Source: an uncultured Nitrospinota bacterium | GTDB lineage: Bacteria > Tectomicrobia > Entotheonellia > J063 > CAVPRW01 | Direction: 5' to 3' | Length of the DNA stretch: 64,000 nt | NCBI GenBank assembly: GCA_963707985.1 | Contig: CAVPRW010000025.1 | Coordinates: forward strand, 64,001 to 128,000 | In this document: positions 29,808 through 39,758 of the stretch, in pieces | Numbering within the stretch: position 1 is the stretch's first letter | Layout: each line of letters starts with the position of its first letter | The notes under the pieces: generated by a model | Seen by the model: the letters and a program-made list of their open reading frames with translations, nothing else | Told to the model about the DNA's origin: nothing | Database searches by the model: none | Program-made: the position numbers and the translations under genes

Positions 29808-32486
29808 ATGATCTGCACAGGCGAATGGCGTACCGGTAGAGGGAAGTCGCCCATGGGGCTTGCATCACCTCGCACGTCCAACCCTGCTGCAGCCATAGGG
29901 CGGCAAGCGATCCCTGTACGACAACCTGCGACTGAAGACGGATGGTGGGTCGAGCCGATCAGATGGCTTGCCCTCGCCGTGTTCATTGCTGTGCCGATTT
30001 TTTCTTTTCTCTTTCAAGATTATGCCGGTGGAGTAGTGTGGACAATCCTGGTGGCGGGCTTACCGATCTGCATTGTGCTGGTCGGCTACCACCGTTGGCG
30101 GCGCATCTGTCCGCTGGCCTTCTTTGCACAGCTCCCGGCTCTCCTCAAACGTCCGGGCACGCGCAAGGCAGGACCCGGGCTAGAGGCGAATTATTACTAT
30201 CTCGTGTTCGCCGTTTTTTTCGTCTCCCTCTGGCTGCGGCTCATCGCCACCAATGGCGACGGTCATGCCATCGCGGTATTCTTCGTGGTGCTGTCGCTTA
30301 CAGCGCTGCTGTTCGGCATGTTATACACTGGCAAGACGTGGTGCAATTATATCTGCCCGGTGTCCTTCGTGGAAAAGATCTATACCGAGCCCCATGGCTT
30401 GCGGGAGACGCCCAACTCTCAGTGCACGAAATGCACTGCCTGCAAGAAATCCTGTCCCGATATCAACGAAGAGAATGGCTATTGGAAAGAGATCGATTCC
30501 CGCCCCAAGCGATTTGTCTATTATGCCTTTCCGGGTCTGGTTTTCGGGTTTTACTGCTATTTTTATGTCCAATCAGAAACCTGGCATTACTACTTCAGCG
30601 GCGCCTGGACCAGACAAGCTGGCCTCGTCCTGACAGCCTTCTCTCCCGGCAACGATGGAGCGACCGCCGGATTTTTCTTTGCCCGTACGGTGCCACGGGC
30701 AGTGGCTGCGGCGCTAACGCTGGCGTTGTCTGGACTGACCAGTTTGTTCATTTTCTCGCAGCTTGAAGGGCTAATCGGCAGGTGGCTGCGTCGCAAATCG
30801 TCACGCGATGAGGTCCGTGCGCGCCATCTCACCATGACCATGGCCGCGTTCACCGCCTTTGTTACCTTCTATAGTTTTGCCGGTGCTCCAACCCTGCGCC
30901 TGGTTCCCTGGGTGCATCATCTGTTCCTCATCTTGGTGGTGGCTGCTGCAACACTTTTTCTGGCGCGCCGTCTATTCCGTACGCAACAGGCGTTTGCTGA
31001 GGAAACTTTGGCGAAAAATATCCTGAAACGCTGGGAATGGGTCGACGTAGAGCCGCCAAAAGATCTGCGCGAGGCGTTTCTCATCCATACAATCCGCTCG
31101 CGTGAAAGTAAGAAAGGCTCGGCACAGATTCTGGAAGTCTACAAGAACGCCGTGCGTGAGACCTTGGCCAATGGCTTCATCTCACGATCGGAAGTGCACC
31201 TGTTGGAATCATTGCGCAACCAACTGCAGATCAGGAAGGTCGACCACGAGAAGATTATGTCTGAACTGGCGGAAGAGGAGCGCGATCTGCTCAGCGATCC
31301 AGCCAGGCAATTTTCGGCGGAGAAGATGTTGCAACTCGAAACCTATGCCCGGGTGCTCGAAAGCTACCTCGAACACGTCTTCGCAGCCGATGGCACCGCC
31401 GATGAAAGTTTCCTCAAAGAGCTGCGCGAGGAGTACCATGTGACACCCGAGGAGCATGCCACGATACTTGACAAGTTATTGGGCGGTACCAGCGCCGTGG
31501 CAACGCAGCTCATCGAGGAAATCAAAGTTATCGAGCGCACCTCGCATACCATTCAGGTTTTTGCCCGTGAGCCGTCACCAGCGTATCGTTTTCTCTTAGG
31601 CTTGATGCAGCGCCGACGCGAACGCGCCATTGATCGCGTATTGCACGGTCTGGGCGTGTCACCTGAGGAGGATACGGGGCATGAGCTACGAGAGGGCCTC
31701 AGTTCGGACCATCAGCCCACACGTGAAGCGGGGGTCGAAGGACTACGCGCGCATATTCCACAAACCACCGCGACCCAGCTTCTGTCGATCTATCGTGCAA
31801 CAGCCGATGAAGAAGCGACGTTAACCAGCGGGATCGATATCCTGAAGGCGCGCGTCCTGAGCACTGATCCCTACGTCCGAGCCGTGGCGCTGCACCTGCT
31901 TGGCGAACTCGATGGCCTCGACGGCGCCATGCTCACCCAGCTACAGCAGGATGAGCATGGCGTGGTGCGCGAAGTCAGCATGGCGATCCGGGAGAGAATG
32001 ACAGCAGAAGTGGGCACGACCGCGCCGAAGAGTCGTCTAACGAGCATCGAGAAAATGTTTGCGCTGGGGGGGGCGCCGATATTTTCCCATCTCACCTTGG
32101 AGGGCATAGCGGAACTGGCGCATGCCAGCGTCGATGTCGAATACGCCCCCGGTCAAATCTTATGCGAGCAGGATGAACGCGGTGATGAGGTCTTCATTTT
32201 GCTTGATGGCGAGGTGCTGATTCTCCAAGGTCGGGGAGCGGATCAACACGTCATCATGGTGGAAGGGCCCGGCAGTCTTATCGGGGAAATGGCCGTGCTC
32301 GATCCCGCGCCGCGCTCAGCCACCGTGCGCGTCGGAGCGACCGGAGTCCACGTCTTACGCCTCAATGGCGACGCCTTCCGCGACGTGCTCAACGCCAACC
32401 CAACGATCGCCTCCGGCATCATTCGCACGCTGGCCCAGCGGCTGAGGAGTGCGGGGCAAATTCAGCACGCGGTCACGGCGTCATAA
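29808..32486 (+). CDS. Polytopic membrane protein with 4Fe-4S-binding motifs, helical/HEAT-like region and C-terminal cyclic-nucleotide-binding domain (start may be 29853)
   Basis: WRRICPL, WCNYICP, CTKCTACKKSCP; many TM helices; DPYVRAVAL HEAT-like; C-terminal IGEMAVLDPAPRSATV cNMP motif. Confidence 0.85.
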   Translation: MICTGEWRTGRGKSPMGLASPRTSNPAAAIGRQAIPVRQPATEDGWWVEPIRWLALAVFIAVPIFSFLFQDYAGGVVWTILVAGLPICIVLVGYHRWRRICPLAFFAQLPALLKRPGTRKAGPGLEANYYYLVFAVFFVSLWLRLIATNGDGHAIAVFFVVLSLTALLFGMLYTGKTWCNYICPVSFVEKIYTEPHGLRETPNSQCTKCTACKKSCPDINEENGYWKEIDSRPKRFVYYAFPGLVFGFYCYFYVQSETWHYYFSGAWTRQAGLVLTAFSPGNDGATAGFFFARTVPRAVAAALTLALSGLTSLFIFSQLEGLIGRWLRRKSSRDEVRARHLTMTMAAFTAFVTFYSFAGAPTLRLVPWVHHLFLILVVAAATLFLARRLFRTQQAFAEETLAKNILKRWEWVDVEPPKDLREAFLIHTIRSRESKKGSAQILEVYKNAVRETLANGFISRSEVHLLESLRNQLQIRKVDHEKIMSELAEEERDLLSDPARQFSAEKMLQLETYARVLESYLEHVFAADGTADESFLKELREEYHVTPEEHATILDKLLGGTSAVATQLIEEIKVIERTSHTIQVFAREPSPAYRFLLGLMQRRRERAIDRVLHGLGVSPEEDTGHELREGLSSDHQPTREAGVEGLRAHIPQTTATQLLSIYRATADEEATLTSGIDILKARVLSTDPYVRAVALHLLGELDGLDGAMLTQLQQDEHGVVREVSMAIRERMTAEVGTTAPKSRLTSIEKMFALGGAPIFSHLTLEGIAELAHASVDVEYAPGQILCEQDERGDEVFILLDGEVLILQGRGADQHVIMVEGPGSLIGEMAVLDPAPRSATVRVGATGVHVLRLNGDAFRDVLNANPTIASGIIRTLAQRLRSAGQIQHAVTAS

Positions 32487-32512
32487 CATGGTCTGCATAT
32501 CGGAGTATACCC

Positions 32513-33073
32513 GTGGGACAAATCTTCGTCGCAACGCCGCACAGCTTTGTGGAATTTCAGGAGCAGGTGCGGACCATTCCAGAAGGCTATGTTGAATTCT
32601 ACATGCACGATGACTCGTTCGATCTGTTCATTCCCGAAGATCAGGCCACATTGCTTCAGCGCCATGGGCTGACGTATCGCGTCATCAAAGTACTCGATAG
32701 CGGGAAAATCAGTGTGGCCTTCGAACATATTCCATCAGCCGTGGCAGACCTCGCCCATCGTGTAGAGGCCATCAAATCGGCCGTGCTGGCTCGCGATGCC
32801 ATTGCGGCCTTCTGTCTTGGCTACAACTGCGAAAATGAGGTTGAGGATGATCTCGAAGTCAATGGCTTCCGATATCTGCCGTTCGTCCATCTGGCACCAC
32901 AGGGAGTACGCACCTATCTGTTCAAGCTTATCTTCACAAGGGAGGAAGCGGCTGAGGTCATGGGAGTGCACTTTGAGCCGGAGCTTGTGGACGAGTGGAT
33001 ACGTCGGATCCCAGTTGAGAATCTGACGGATATCTTTGGGGTTGATGAGGTGCTTGATGAGACGGACATCTGA
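32513..33073 (+). CDS. Hypothetical acidic protein
   Basis: 186 aa, RBS (GGAG) before GTG, tightly packed between its neighbours; no motif recognised. Confidence 0.75.
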   Translation: MGQIFVATPHSFVEFQEQVRTIPEGYVEFYMHDDSFDLFIPEDQATLLQRHGLTYRVIKVLDSGKISVAFEHIPSAVADLAHRVEAIKSAVLARDAIAAFCLGYNCENEVEDDLEVNGFRYLPFVHLAPQGVRTYLFKLIFTREEAAEVMGVHFEPELVDEWIRRIPVENLTDIFGVDEVLDETDI

Positions 33074-33079
33074 GGGGGA

Positions 33080-33661
33080 GTGATGGGGACCAATCACGCG
33101 TCCAATCGGAAAATTCTCGTCCTGATCGGTCCGCCGGGGGTGGGGAAGAAGTTCTGCACCTTACGGCTCAACGGTAATCATCCCATGGATATCGAAATTA
33201 TCAAAACGCTGACCACGCAACCCCAGCGCCAGATCTATGACTCACTGTTCTACAAAACGGTCGAACGCGAGGTCTGCCAGCAACACATCGAAGCGGGAAC
33301 TTTGCTGGAGTCGGATGAGTTTGCGGGGCACTGGTATGGCATCAATCGGGCTGACACCGAAGCTATTCTCCAACAGAAACACGCCGTCGTGTCGGCCACC
33401 CTGGCGGGAGCTGAAGCCCTGCGCCGCAGTGGCTTGTCTACCATAGTAGCCTATCTCATGCCAGCGTCGAAAGCCCTCGTCGAGGACAATCTTCGACGGA
33501 AACAGGAGACCCCCGAGCGACTCGAGTTGATGCGCCAGGCGGCGTCGGTGTTTGATCGTCTTCCCGAATCCACTTATGATTTCGCCGTCAGGGTTAGCTC
33601 CCTGGTGGAGGCAGAGGCTGAGCTGGAAGATAGGCTCCGAGCCTACGTGGAGCTACACTGA
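33080..33661 (+). CDS. Guanylate-kinase-like P-loop protein (divergent)
   Basis: LIGPPGVGK, TLTTQPQR (cf. TTRxPR), LLESDEFAGHWYG (cf. FLEWAEVHGNYYG). Confidence 0.75.
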   Translation: MMGTNHASNRKILVLIGPPGVGKKFCTLRLNGNHPMDIEIIKTLTTQPQRQIYDSLFYKTVEREVCQQHIEAGTLLESDEFAGHWYGINRADTEAILQQKHAVVSATLAGAEALRRSGLSTIVAYLMPASKALVEDNLRRKQETPERLELMRQAASVFDRLPESTYDFAVRVSSLVEAEAELEDRLRAYVELH

Positions 33662-33715
33662 GGCTCTATTCCTTCGACAACGAGGCCACAGACCGATGAA
33701 GCGAATTTCTCCCCC

Positions 33716-33744
33716 TTGACATCCCTATCATTGCTCTGCATACT
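33716..33744 (+). promoter_or_regulatory. Putative sigma70 promoter for the tRNA/zinc-ribbon/rnpB unit
   Basis: TTGACA-17 nt-CATACT. Confidence 0.7.
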
Positions 33745-33774
33745 ACCGTAGGACGGGTGCCAGGAGAAGCATCG

Positions 33775-33847
<73 letters not shown>

Positions 33848-33884
33848 TTCGTATGGACCGTGCCAGGATAGGGGAACATGCGAT

Positions 33885-34676
33885 ATGGACCAGCAGCGCG
33901 CTACAAGGGGTGAGGTTGCGGATGTCGAGGGCCAGCTCCGCTCGCTCGTGAAGCTCCAGGAACTTGATCTAGCAATTAAACAGTTCGAAGCCGCCATTGC
34001 CGCCAAACCGCATGAGCTCGATCCCTTGATACGCGCCCTCGACGATGCCCATACCTTCGCCACCATGCACCACAAGGATCTTGCCAGCCTCGACAAACAG
34101 AGACGTCAGTTTGAAGCGACTGTCGCCGAAGAGCAAGACAATCTGCAAAAGGCTCAGCGTAAGTTGCTCGAGGTTAAAACCAATAAAGAGTATGCTGCCA
34201 TGCTGGCAGAGATAGAAACCTTCAAGCAGAAGATTCTCAGCCATGAAGATGCGGTGCTCCAGTTTATGGAGCTGACCGAACTGCGTAAACAGGAGTTGCT
34301 GAATCTCGAACGGCAAGTTCATGACGCTGAACAAGACCTCACCGAGGGGCGACGCAGGAACGAGCTGGAGCTGGCAGTTCTGCAGGAGACTTTGGCCGGT
34401 CGGCGACAGGCGCGCGAGGAGGTGGTACAGCAATTGGAACGGCCAACGGTGGACCTCTACATGCGCCTCTTGAGCGGCCGCAAAGGGCTGGCAGTCGTTG
34501 GCATCAAGAACGGCTCCTGTCAGGGATGTTTCCTGGCCCTGCCGCCACAACTTATGCAAGAAGTGCGACGGAACGATCGCGTTCTCACCTGCTCCCACTG
34601 TCAACGTATTTTGTATTGGAGCGGCGAGATGCTACCCGCGCCGTCGGAATCAGGTGCGTCGGAGCTGGTCAGATGA
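33885..34676 (+). CDS. Coiled-coil protein with C-terminal C4 zinc ribbon (CT398/HP0958-like)
   Basis: LQELD, VKTNKEYAAMLAEIE, CQGC...CSHCQRILY. Confidence 0.88.
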   Translation: MDQQRATRGEVADVEGQLRSLVKLQELDLAIKQFEAAIAAKPHELDPLIRALDDAHTFATMHHKDLASLDKQRRQFEATVAEEQDNLQKAQRKLLEVKTNKEYAAMLAEIETFKQKILSHEDAVLQFMELTELRKQELLNLERQVHDAEQDLTEGRRRNELELAVLQETLAGRRQAREEVVQQLERPTVDLYMRLLSGRKGLAVVGIKNGSCQGCFLALPPQLMQEVRRNDRVLTCSHCQRILYWSGEMLPAPSESGASELVR

Positions 34677-35060
34677 TCGCGGGCCCCACAACGGAGCCTG
34701 AGGAAAGTCCGAGCTCCACAGAGCAGGTTGCTGGGTAACGCCCAGGCGGGGTGACCCGACGGAGAGTGCCACAGAGAGCAGACCGCCGATGGCCAGCATT
34801 GCAGGCTCGCACGCGAGCCCCAAGATGCCAAGGCACAGGCAAGGGTGAAACGGTGGTGTAAGAGACCACCAGCAGCTCGGGCGACCGAGCTGGCTCGGTA
34901 AACCCCAACCGGAGCAAGACCAAATAGGGGAGCGCATGAGGGTGGCTCGCTCGAAGCTCCCGGGTAGGTCGCTTGAGGCGTGAGGTAACTCCCGCCCCAG
35001 AGGAATGATCATCACTGATGCCCAGGGCATCGGCACAGAACTCGGCTTACGACCAACTCC
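34661..35060 (+). ncRNA. rnpB: RNase P RNA (type A)
   Basis: GAGGAAAGTCC, AGTGCCACAGA, GGGTGAAACGG, GGTAAACCCC, ACAGAACTCGGCTTA; P1 GGAGCTGGTC/GACCAACTCC. Confidence 0.95.
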
Positions 35061-35073
35061 GACGCTCACCTCT

Positions 35074-35120
35074 ACCCCCTCTTTCCCCCAGTCGCATGGA
35101 AACAGGGCGAAAGAGGGGGT
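35074..35120. terminator. Hairpin between convergent rnpB and ppsR
   Basis: ACCCCCTCTTT...AAAGAGGGGGT inverted repeat. Confidence 0.55.
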
Positions 35121-35133
35121 GCTCGCCGTCAGT

Positions 35134-35970
35134 TCAGGTCTTCTCTTCCAGGCCATGCGGATGCGGGGCGACGAGATTAACGATCTCGCTAGCGGTTTCC
35201 TCAACAGCTTTCCCTGTGACACTCACCACGGGCCAGCGCTGCATCTGGCACAAGCGCAGGCTATAGCGTAGCTCCTGCTGGATGTGCCGAAGGTCAGCGT
35301 ACGATGCCGAAGACGCCTGCGCCCGCAGATTCTTCAGGCGCTCTCGACGTATCATCGCCAAATGCTGGGGGTCCGTGGTGAGGCCTACGACCTTTCGCTC
35401 ATCAAGGCTACGCAATGTCTCCGGGGGGTCTATGTTAAGGACGATCGGGACATTGGCCACCTTCCAGCCCCGGTACGCCAGGTAAAAGCTGACAGGAGTT
35501 TTAGACGTGCGCGACGGGCCGACCAATACGAGGTCCGCCTCGTCGAGGTCATCGACCTTCTGTCCATCATCGTGCTGGACAGTAAATTCCATCGCGTCAA
35601 CCCGCTGGTCGTAGCCGGCATCGGTTTGGTAGAGAAGGCCAGGGCGGCCCCACGGGGTGCGATGCAGAAAGTCCTGCAGCTTTGAGAGCAACCCTCCCAA
35701 TAAGTCGACAACGATGACCCCACGCTCCATGGCCGCAATGTGAACGGCCTGCCGCAGCTCCACCGACACCAGCGTATACACAATCATGCTGTGCCCGCGA
35801 GCCGCATCGGCCACCACTTCATGCACCTGCTCAACCGTGCGGACGTGGGGAATGCGGATGATCATCACTGGCAGATCGAACTGGATAAGTGCGGCTTCCA
35901 AAACGTGTTTTCCTGTCTGACCGGTACCATCGGAAAGCACGAATATGCGATACTCATCGGTCATTTCCAT
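35134..35970 (-). CDS. ppsR: PEP synthase/pyruvate,phosphate dikinase regulatory protein (kinase/pyrophosphorylase)
   Basis: LSDGTGQTG, HDDG, LVGPSRTSKTP..YLA, ANVP, KAVEETA. Confidence 0.9.
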   Translation of the reverse strand: MEMTDEYRIFVLSDGTGQTGKHVLEAALIQFDLPVMIIRIPHVRTVEQVHEVVADAARGHSMIVYTLVSVELRQAVHIAAMERGVIVVDLLGGLLSKLQDFLHRTPWGRPGLLYQTDAGYDQRVDAMEFTVQHDDGQKVDDLDEADLVLVGPSRTSKTPVSFYLAYRGWKVANVPIVLNIDPPETLRSLDERKVVGLTTDPQHLAMIRRERLKNLRAQASSASYADLRHIQQELRYSLRLCQMQRWPVVSVTGKAVEETASEIVNLVAPHPHGLEEKT

Positions 35971-36089
35971 ACATCCCCTTGGGGCAGGGGCAACCGCTAC
36001 GAGTGCCCTTCAGGATTGGGGAGCGCCATGATCACCCCTGCCGTGAAAATCAGGGCGCTGTTAGACCATGAACACCCGTACGCACCAAT

Positions 36090-36953
36090 TTACAGTAGGA
36101 ACCACAGCATCACCTGGCCAGTGCCCAACACACTCTCGTAGGCGCCATATTGGGTGGTCGCCACTTTGCAGCGTTTACCCCCCAGTGCCCCGATCAGCAT
36201 TGAATAGTGGGCGAAAAATCCCTCTGGGGCGCACTTGCCACGAAACTCCGGCACGATATCGATGACCGCAGCGTGATTGCCCTGCTTCAGGAAATCGATG
36301 ATCATCTCGTCATAGGCGCGATTGGTCTCGTTGAAAATGTGCCGAGGGTCCAGGGTGGAGTGCTGAGCCATCTCATCGTATGACCAGAATTGATGTGATA
36401 AACCGCCAGCCGCCAGGAGGACGACGCGGCGATCACTTTCCTGGATGGCACGGCCGATGGCACCACCAAAATCGAGGTGGCGTTCATGCGCGGCGGTCTG
36501 GCAGACGCCGATCGACAGCACCCGGTATTGACGCTCCGGATTGAGGGAGTGCATGAGATGGAGTGTCGGGTAGTGCGGCGCCATACCTTGATAATCTGCT
36601 CCCTCACAGCGTAGTCCAGCGCTCCTGGCCGACTCCACGATGGCCTCGCCAAGGGCTCTATCACCGCGGTAGTCGAAGACAAGGTCATGCACTACACTCG
36701 GCCACGCGTCCGACGTGTACACCCCATTCAGACGTTCCTGGGTATTGACGACAAACCCTTGTGTTGTATACCACTGGGTATCGAAAATCAGAAAGGTATC
36801 AATCTCCGCTGGCTGTATACGCTCTTGGAAAATGTCCTGCAGTGCGCGCGGAAACGTGCTATCTCGCCCACCAGAGCGTGATTTCCCCTGCTCTTCGGGT
36901 AGCATTATACTCGGCACGTGGCCCAGCAACCCTGCCCCAACGATCGCACCCAT
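36090..36953 (-). CDS. LigB/HpaD-type extradiol ring-cleavage dioxygenase-like protein
   Basis: GAGLLGHVPSI, IFDTQW (cf. DTHW), DYRGD..L, GGLSH.FW, PEG.FAHY. Confidence 0.78.
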   Translation of the reverse strand: MGAIVGAGLLGHVPSIMLPEEQGKSRSGGRDSTFPRALQDIFQERIQPAEIDTFLIFDTQWYTTQGFVVNTQERLNGVYTSDAWPSVVHDLVFDYRGDRALGEAIVESARSAGLRCEGADYQGMAPHYPTLHLMHSLNPERQYRVLSIGVCQTAAHERHLDFGGAIGRAIQESDRRVVLLAAGGLSHQFWSYDEMAQHSTLDPRHIFNETNRAYDEMIIDFLKQGNHAAVIDIVPEFRGKCAPEGFFAHYSMLIGALGGKRCKVATTQYGAYESVLGTGQVMLWFLL

Positions 36954-36980
36954 ATAGAATCTCCCTTGCGCGAAGGACGT

Positions 36981-37199
36981 CCTAACGATAGGCGTGATAT
37001 CGCTGGCCTAAGCAGCGAGAATCAACGTGTCAAGTGCCTCAAAGCTGTGCGCCCCATGTTCGGCGTCAAGCACCACATAATCATACCCGGCATACCCCAG
37101 AACCTCCACAAGGGTGGGTTCGGGAGTTCGGAGCAAACCATCAAAGACCGATTGCCCCTGGCGCAGCTTCTGCTTCATGCGATTCATGCGTACCGGCAT
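36981..37199 (-). pseudogene. HpcH/HpaI aldolase N-terminal remnant
   Basis: NRMKQKLRQG...VEVLGYAGYDYVVLDAEHG; TAG at 37008-37010, then ASDITPIVR before similarity ends. Confidence 0.8.
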
Positions 37200-37218
37200 G
37201 GCCCGTTTCTCCTTCGCC

Positions 37219-39324
37219 TCATGAGGCCGTTTGAACCACGTCTATGATTTCCTCTCCAAACTGCTTGACTTTATGTGCTCCCATCCCCCGAACGCCCTCT
37301 AATTCGCCGAGTGTTCGGGGGGTATGGCACACAATAGCCTCAAGCACCCGGTTGTGTAGCACCATAAAGGCTGGAACGCCGAGCGCTTGCGCCTTCTGGA
37401 GGCGCCAACGACGCAGGCGTTCCCATAGAGCTGGGTTAGCACTATTGGCTTCGGTAACGGCGCTTGTGGATGCGCGGTCGGAGGTCTGCGGCGGTATACC
37501 AAGGGTCGCTGAGCTGTCACCAAGGGCAGAAAGGGCCAGAAGCGTGTCAACTGTCAAGGCCCGGCGTCCAGTGTCGGTGATACACAGCCGTGGGTATTCC
37601 TCTGCTGTGACCCGTAGGAGATTTCGGCCAATCAATTCATCCACCCAGGCCACGATACGCTCGCGTCGATGACCACGGAGGTGCCCATAAGCCTTCGTTT
37701 GATCAAGTCGCCACTCGATGATCTGCTTGCGCCGGCTCCCGCACAACACGTCAGTGATGATACCACGGCCGAAGCGTCCCCCGAAATCCACCACCGCTTG
37801 GAGGATCATTCTGGCCACACGGTTTGAGGGGGCGGTAGCCTGTTCGTCCTCAACAGTCTGCACAAGATTGAGAGGTTGTGTGCCAGGTGCCTGAGGTGTT
37901 CGGCTGGGGACACACACATCGCAATTCTGACATGGGGGTGAAAACGTCTGCCCGAAATAACTCAACAGTCGAACACGGCGACAGGACATATGATCAGTAA
38001 AGGCAAGCATCCGCTTCAAGCGCGCATTGTCACGGGCCTTCCGCTGATTGATCGGCTGAAAATCTACTTCCGGACGTGCGGTATCCGCTCTACTCAATAC
38101 ATACTTTCCATCTGGCATTACCGAGAGCCAACCTTGCTCATACAACAGTTGCAGCGCGGCTTTGACGCCGATTTCCCGAAACTGACTGGCAACGGCCAGA
38201 TCATCGGCCGATACCGCGAGCGGGTGAGCTTCCCGAAGCATTGTGTATAGTCGAAACACCTGGTCGGGTGCGGGGTATGCCTGATCGATGAAAAAGCGCT
38301 GAATACGGACGTCGCTTTGAGAATACAAGAGCGTGCAGGTCGCGGGCTGGCCGTCGCGCCCAGCGCGACCTGCTTCCTGATAATAGCTCTCTAGCGATCC
38401 TGGAATGTTGTAATGGATGATGCGCCGGATGTCTGGTTTATCAATGCCCATGCCGAAGGCAACGGTCGCCACCATAATTTGCACCCGATCGTCTTGGAAA
38501 TCCCGTTGTGCTCGGGTACGCTCTTCAGGCCTGAGCCCAGCGTGATAGAGGCACACGCTGTGGCCCCGACTCGTGAGCAGATCGAAGGCCCGACGGGCTT
38601 CCTTGCGGGTACTCGCGTAGACGATAGCGGAGTGCGGCTGTCCGGCTAGTAACCTGATCAATTGCGCGTTCTTTTCGGTCATCCGATGGGCCTGGATCAC
38701 CTGCAATCGTAGATTAGGGCGGTTGAAATCGCCCACAACGCGCCCCATCGTTGGAAGCTCCAGCGTGTTTGCGATGTCATTCTGGACGGCAGCCGTGGCG
38801 GTTGCTGTCAAAGCCAGCACCGTAGCGTGCTTGAGCTCTGGCAGTCGACGCGTGACAATGCGGTAGTGGGGACGAAAATCATGACCCCACTGACTGATAC
38901 AGTGCGCTTCATCGATCACCAACAGATCAATGGGAGTTGATCGCACAAGCTGCTGAAAGCGCGCGGAGTCGAATCGCTCAGGGGCAACGTACAGTAATTT
39001 ATACTGTCCCTTCTCGATCTGCGCATAACGCACACTCAGTTCTGAGGAATCGAGGGTGCTATTCAGATAGGTGGCGTTGTGGATCCCCCGGCGAACCAGC
39101 GCCTCAACTTGATCTTGCATGAGCGCGATCAAGGGCGAAACGACGAGTGTGATGCCGGGGAGCGTCTGAGCGGGCAATTGGTAGCAGAGCGATTTCCCTG
39201 AACCGGTCGGTAAGACTGCCAGCGTATGTTGGCCATGGAGCAGCCGCTCGATCACCTCGCGCTGCCCAGGGCGAAAGCATTCAAAACCAAAATATTCGAC
39301 GAGCTGTGATTCGAGTTGATCCAT
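37219..39324 (-). CDS. recQ: RecQ-family ATP-dependent DNA helicase with RQC and HRDC domains
   Basis: PTGSGKSLCYQ, DEAHCISQWGHDFRP, TATA, AFGMGIDK, YYQEAGRAGRDG, CRR..LLSYFG..CQNCDVC, HRDC. Start at the ATG at 39324 after GAGGAAGG. Confidence 0.93.
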   Translation of the reverse strand: MDQLESQLVEYFGFECFRPGQREVIERLLHGQHTLAVLPTGSGKSLCYQLPAQTLPGITLVVSPLIALMQDQVEALVRRGIHNATYLNSTLDSSELSVRYAQIEKGQYKLLYVAPERFDSARFQQLVRSTPIDLLVIDEAHCISQWGHDFRPHYRIVTRRLPELKHATVLALTATATAAVQNDIANTLELPTMGRVVGDFNRPNLRLQVIQAHRMTEKNAQLIRLLAGQPHSAIVYASTRKEARRAFDLLTSRGHSVCLYHAGLRPEERTRAQRDFQDDRVQIMVATVAFGMGIDKPDIRRIIHYNIPGSLESYYQEAGRAGRDGQPATCTLLYSQSDVRIQRFFIDQAYPAPDQVFRLYTMLREAHPLAVSADDLAVASQFREIGVKAALQLLYEQGWLSVMPDGKYVLSRADTARPEVDFQPINQRKARDNARLKRMLAFTDHMSCRRVRLLSYFGQTFSPPCQNCDVCVPSRTPQAPGTQPLNLVQTVEDEQATAPSNRVARMILQAVVDFGGRFGRGIITDVLCGSRRKQIIEWRLDQTKAYGHLRGHRRERIVAWVDELIGRNLLRVTAEEYPRLCITDTGRRALTVDTLLALSALGDSSATLGIPPQTSDRASTSAVTEANSANPALWERLRRWRLQKAQALGVPAFMVLHNRVLEAIVCHTPRTLGELEGVRGMGAHKVKQFGEEIIDVVQTAS

Positions 39325-39479
39325 TACAACCTTCCTCAATCCATGAGTACGTCCAGCTCTGGCATGGTGTGCACACCAATTACCATGAGCCAATGCTTGC
39401 CATGAAAGCAGCGCGAGAGGCCAAGTGCCAGACAGGTGGAGTATTCCCCTCGGCGCTCAACATCTGCCTGACTATGCGC

Positions 39480-39758
39480 GCGTGGGACACCTGAGGATTT
39501 CTCAAGCAGACTTCGGCCTAAGGCTCGCATACGGAGGTCCGTGCAACTCATATCGGAATAGCCGCGGCCTCCAAGAGCGAAGGTAGTGCGCATGCTGATG
39601 TCGGTGCCTGATTGGTTCAAGGCAAAGCTGAAGCTGAACGAGTCCGGAAGGCATAATCCCTGCGAGTGTCGACCAGCAGTTGAATCAGGGGGCAAACGCA
39701 ATAGGTCGACGAACCGCTCGCTCGTGATATTGCGGTGACCTATCGTGTAGATGGTCAT
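39480..39758 (-). pseudogene. DUF488-family protein remnant
   Basis: MTIYTIGH.N...F..LL, then IQLLVDTR in a shifted frame and LGGR downstream; decayed. Confidence 0.6.

Noticed and set aside
37008..37010. In-frame TAG in the aldolase fragment as pyrrolysine or programmed readthrough
   Set aside because: Aldolase similarity ends nine codons later and there is no pyl context; ordinary decay explains it.
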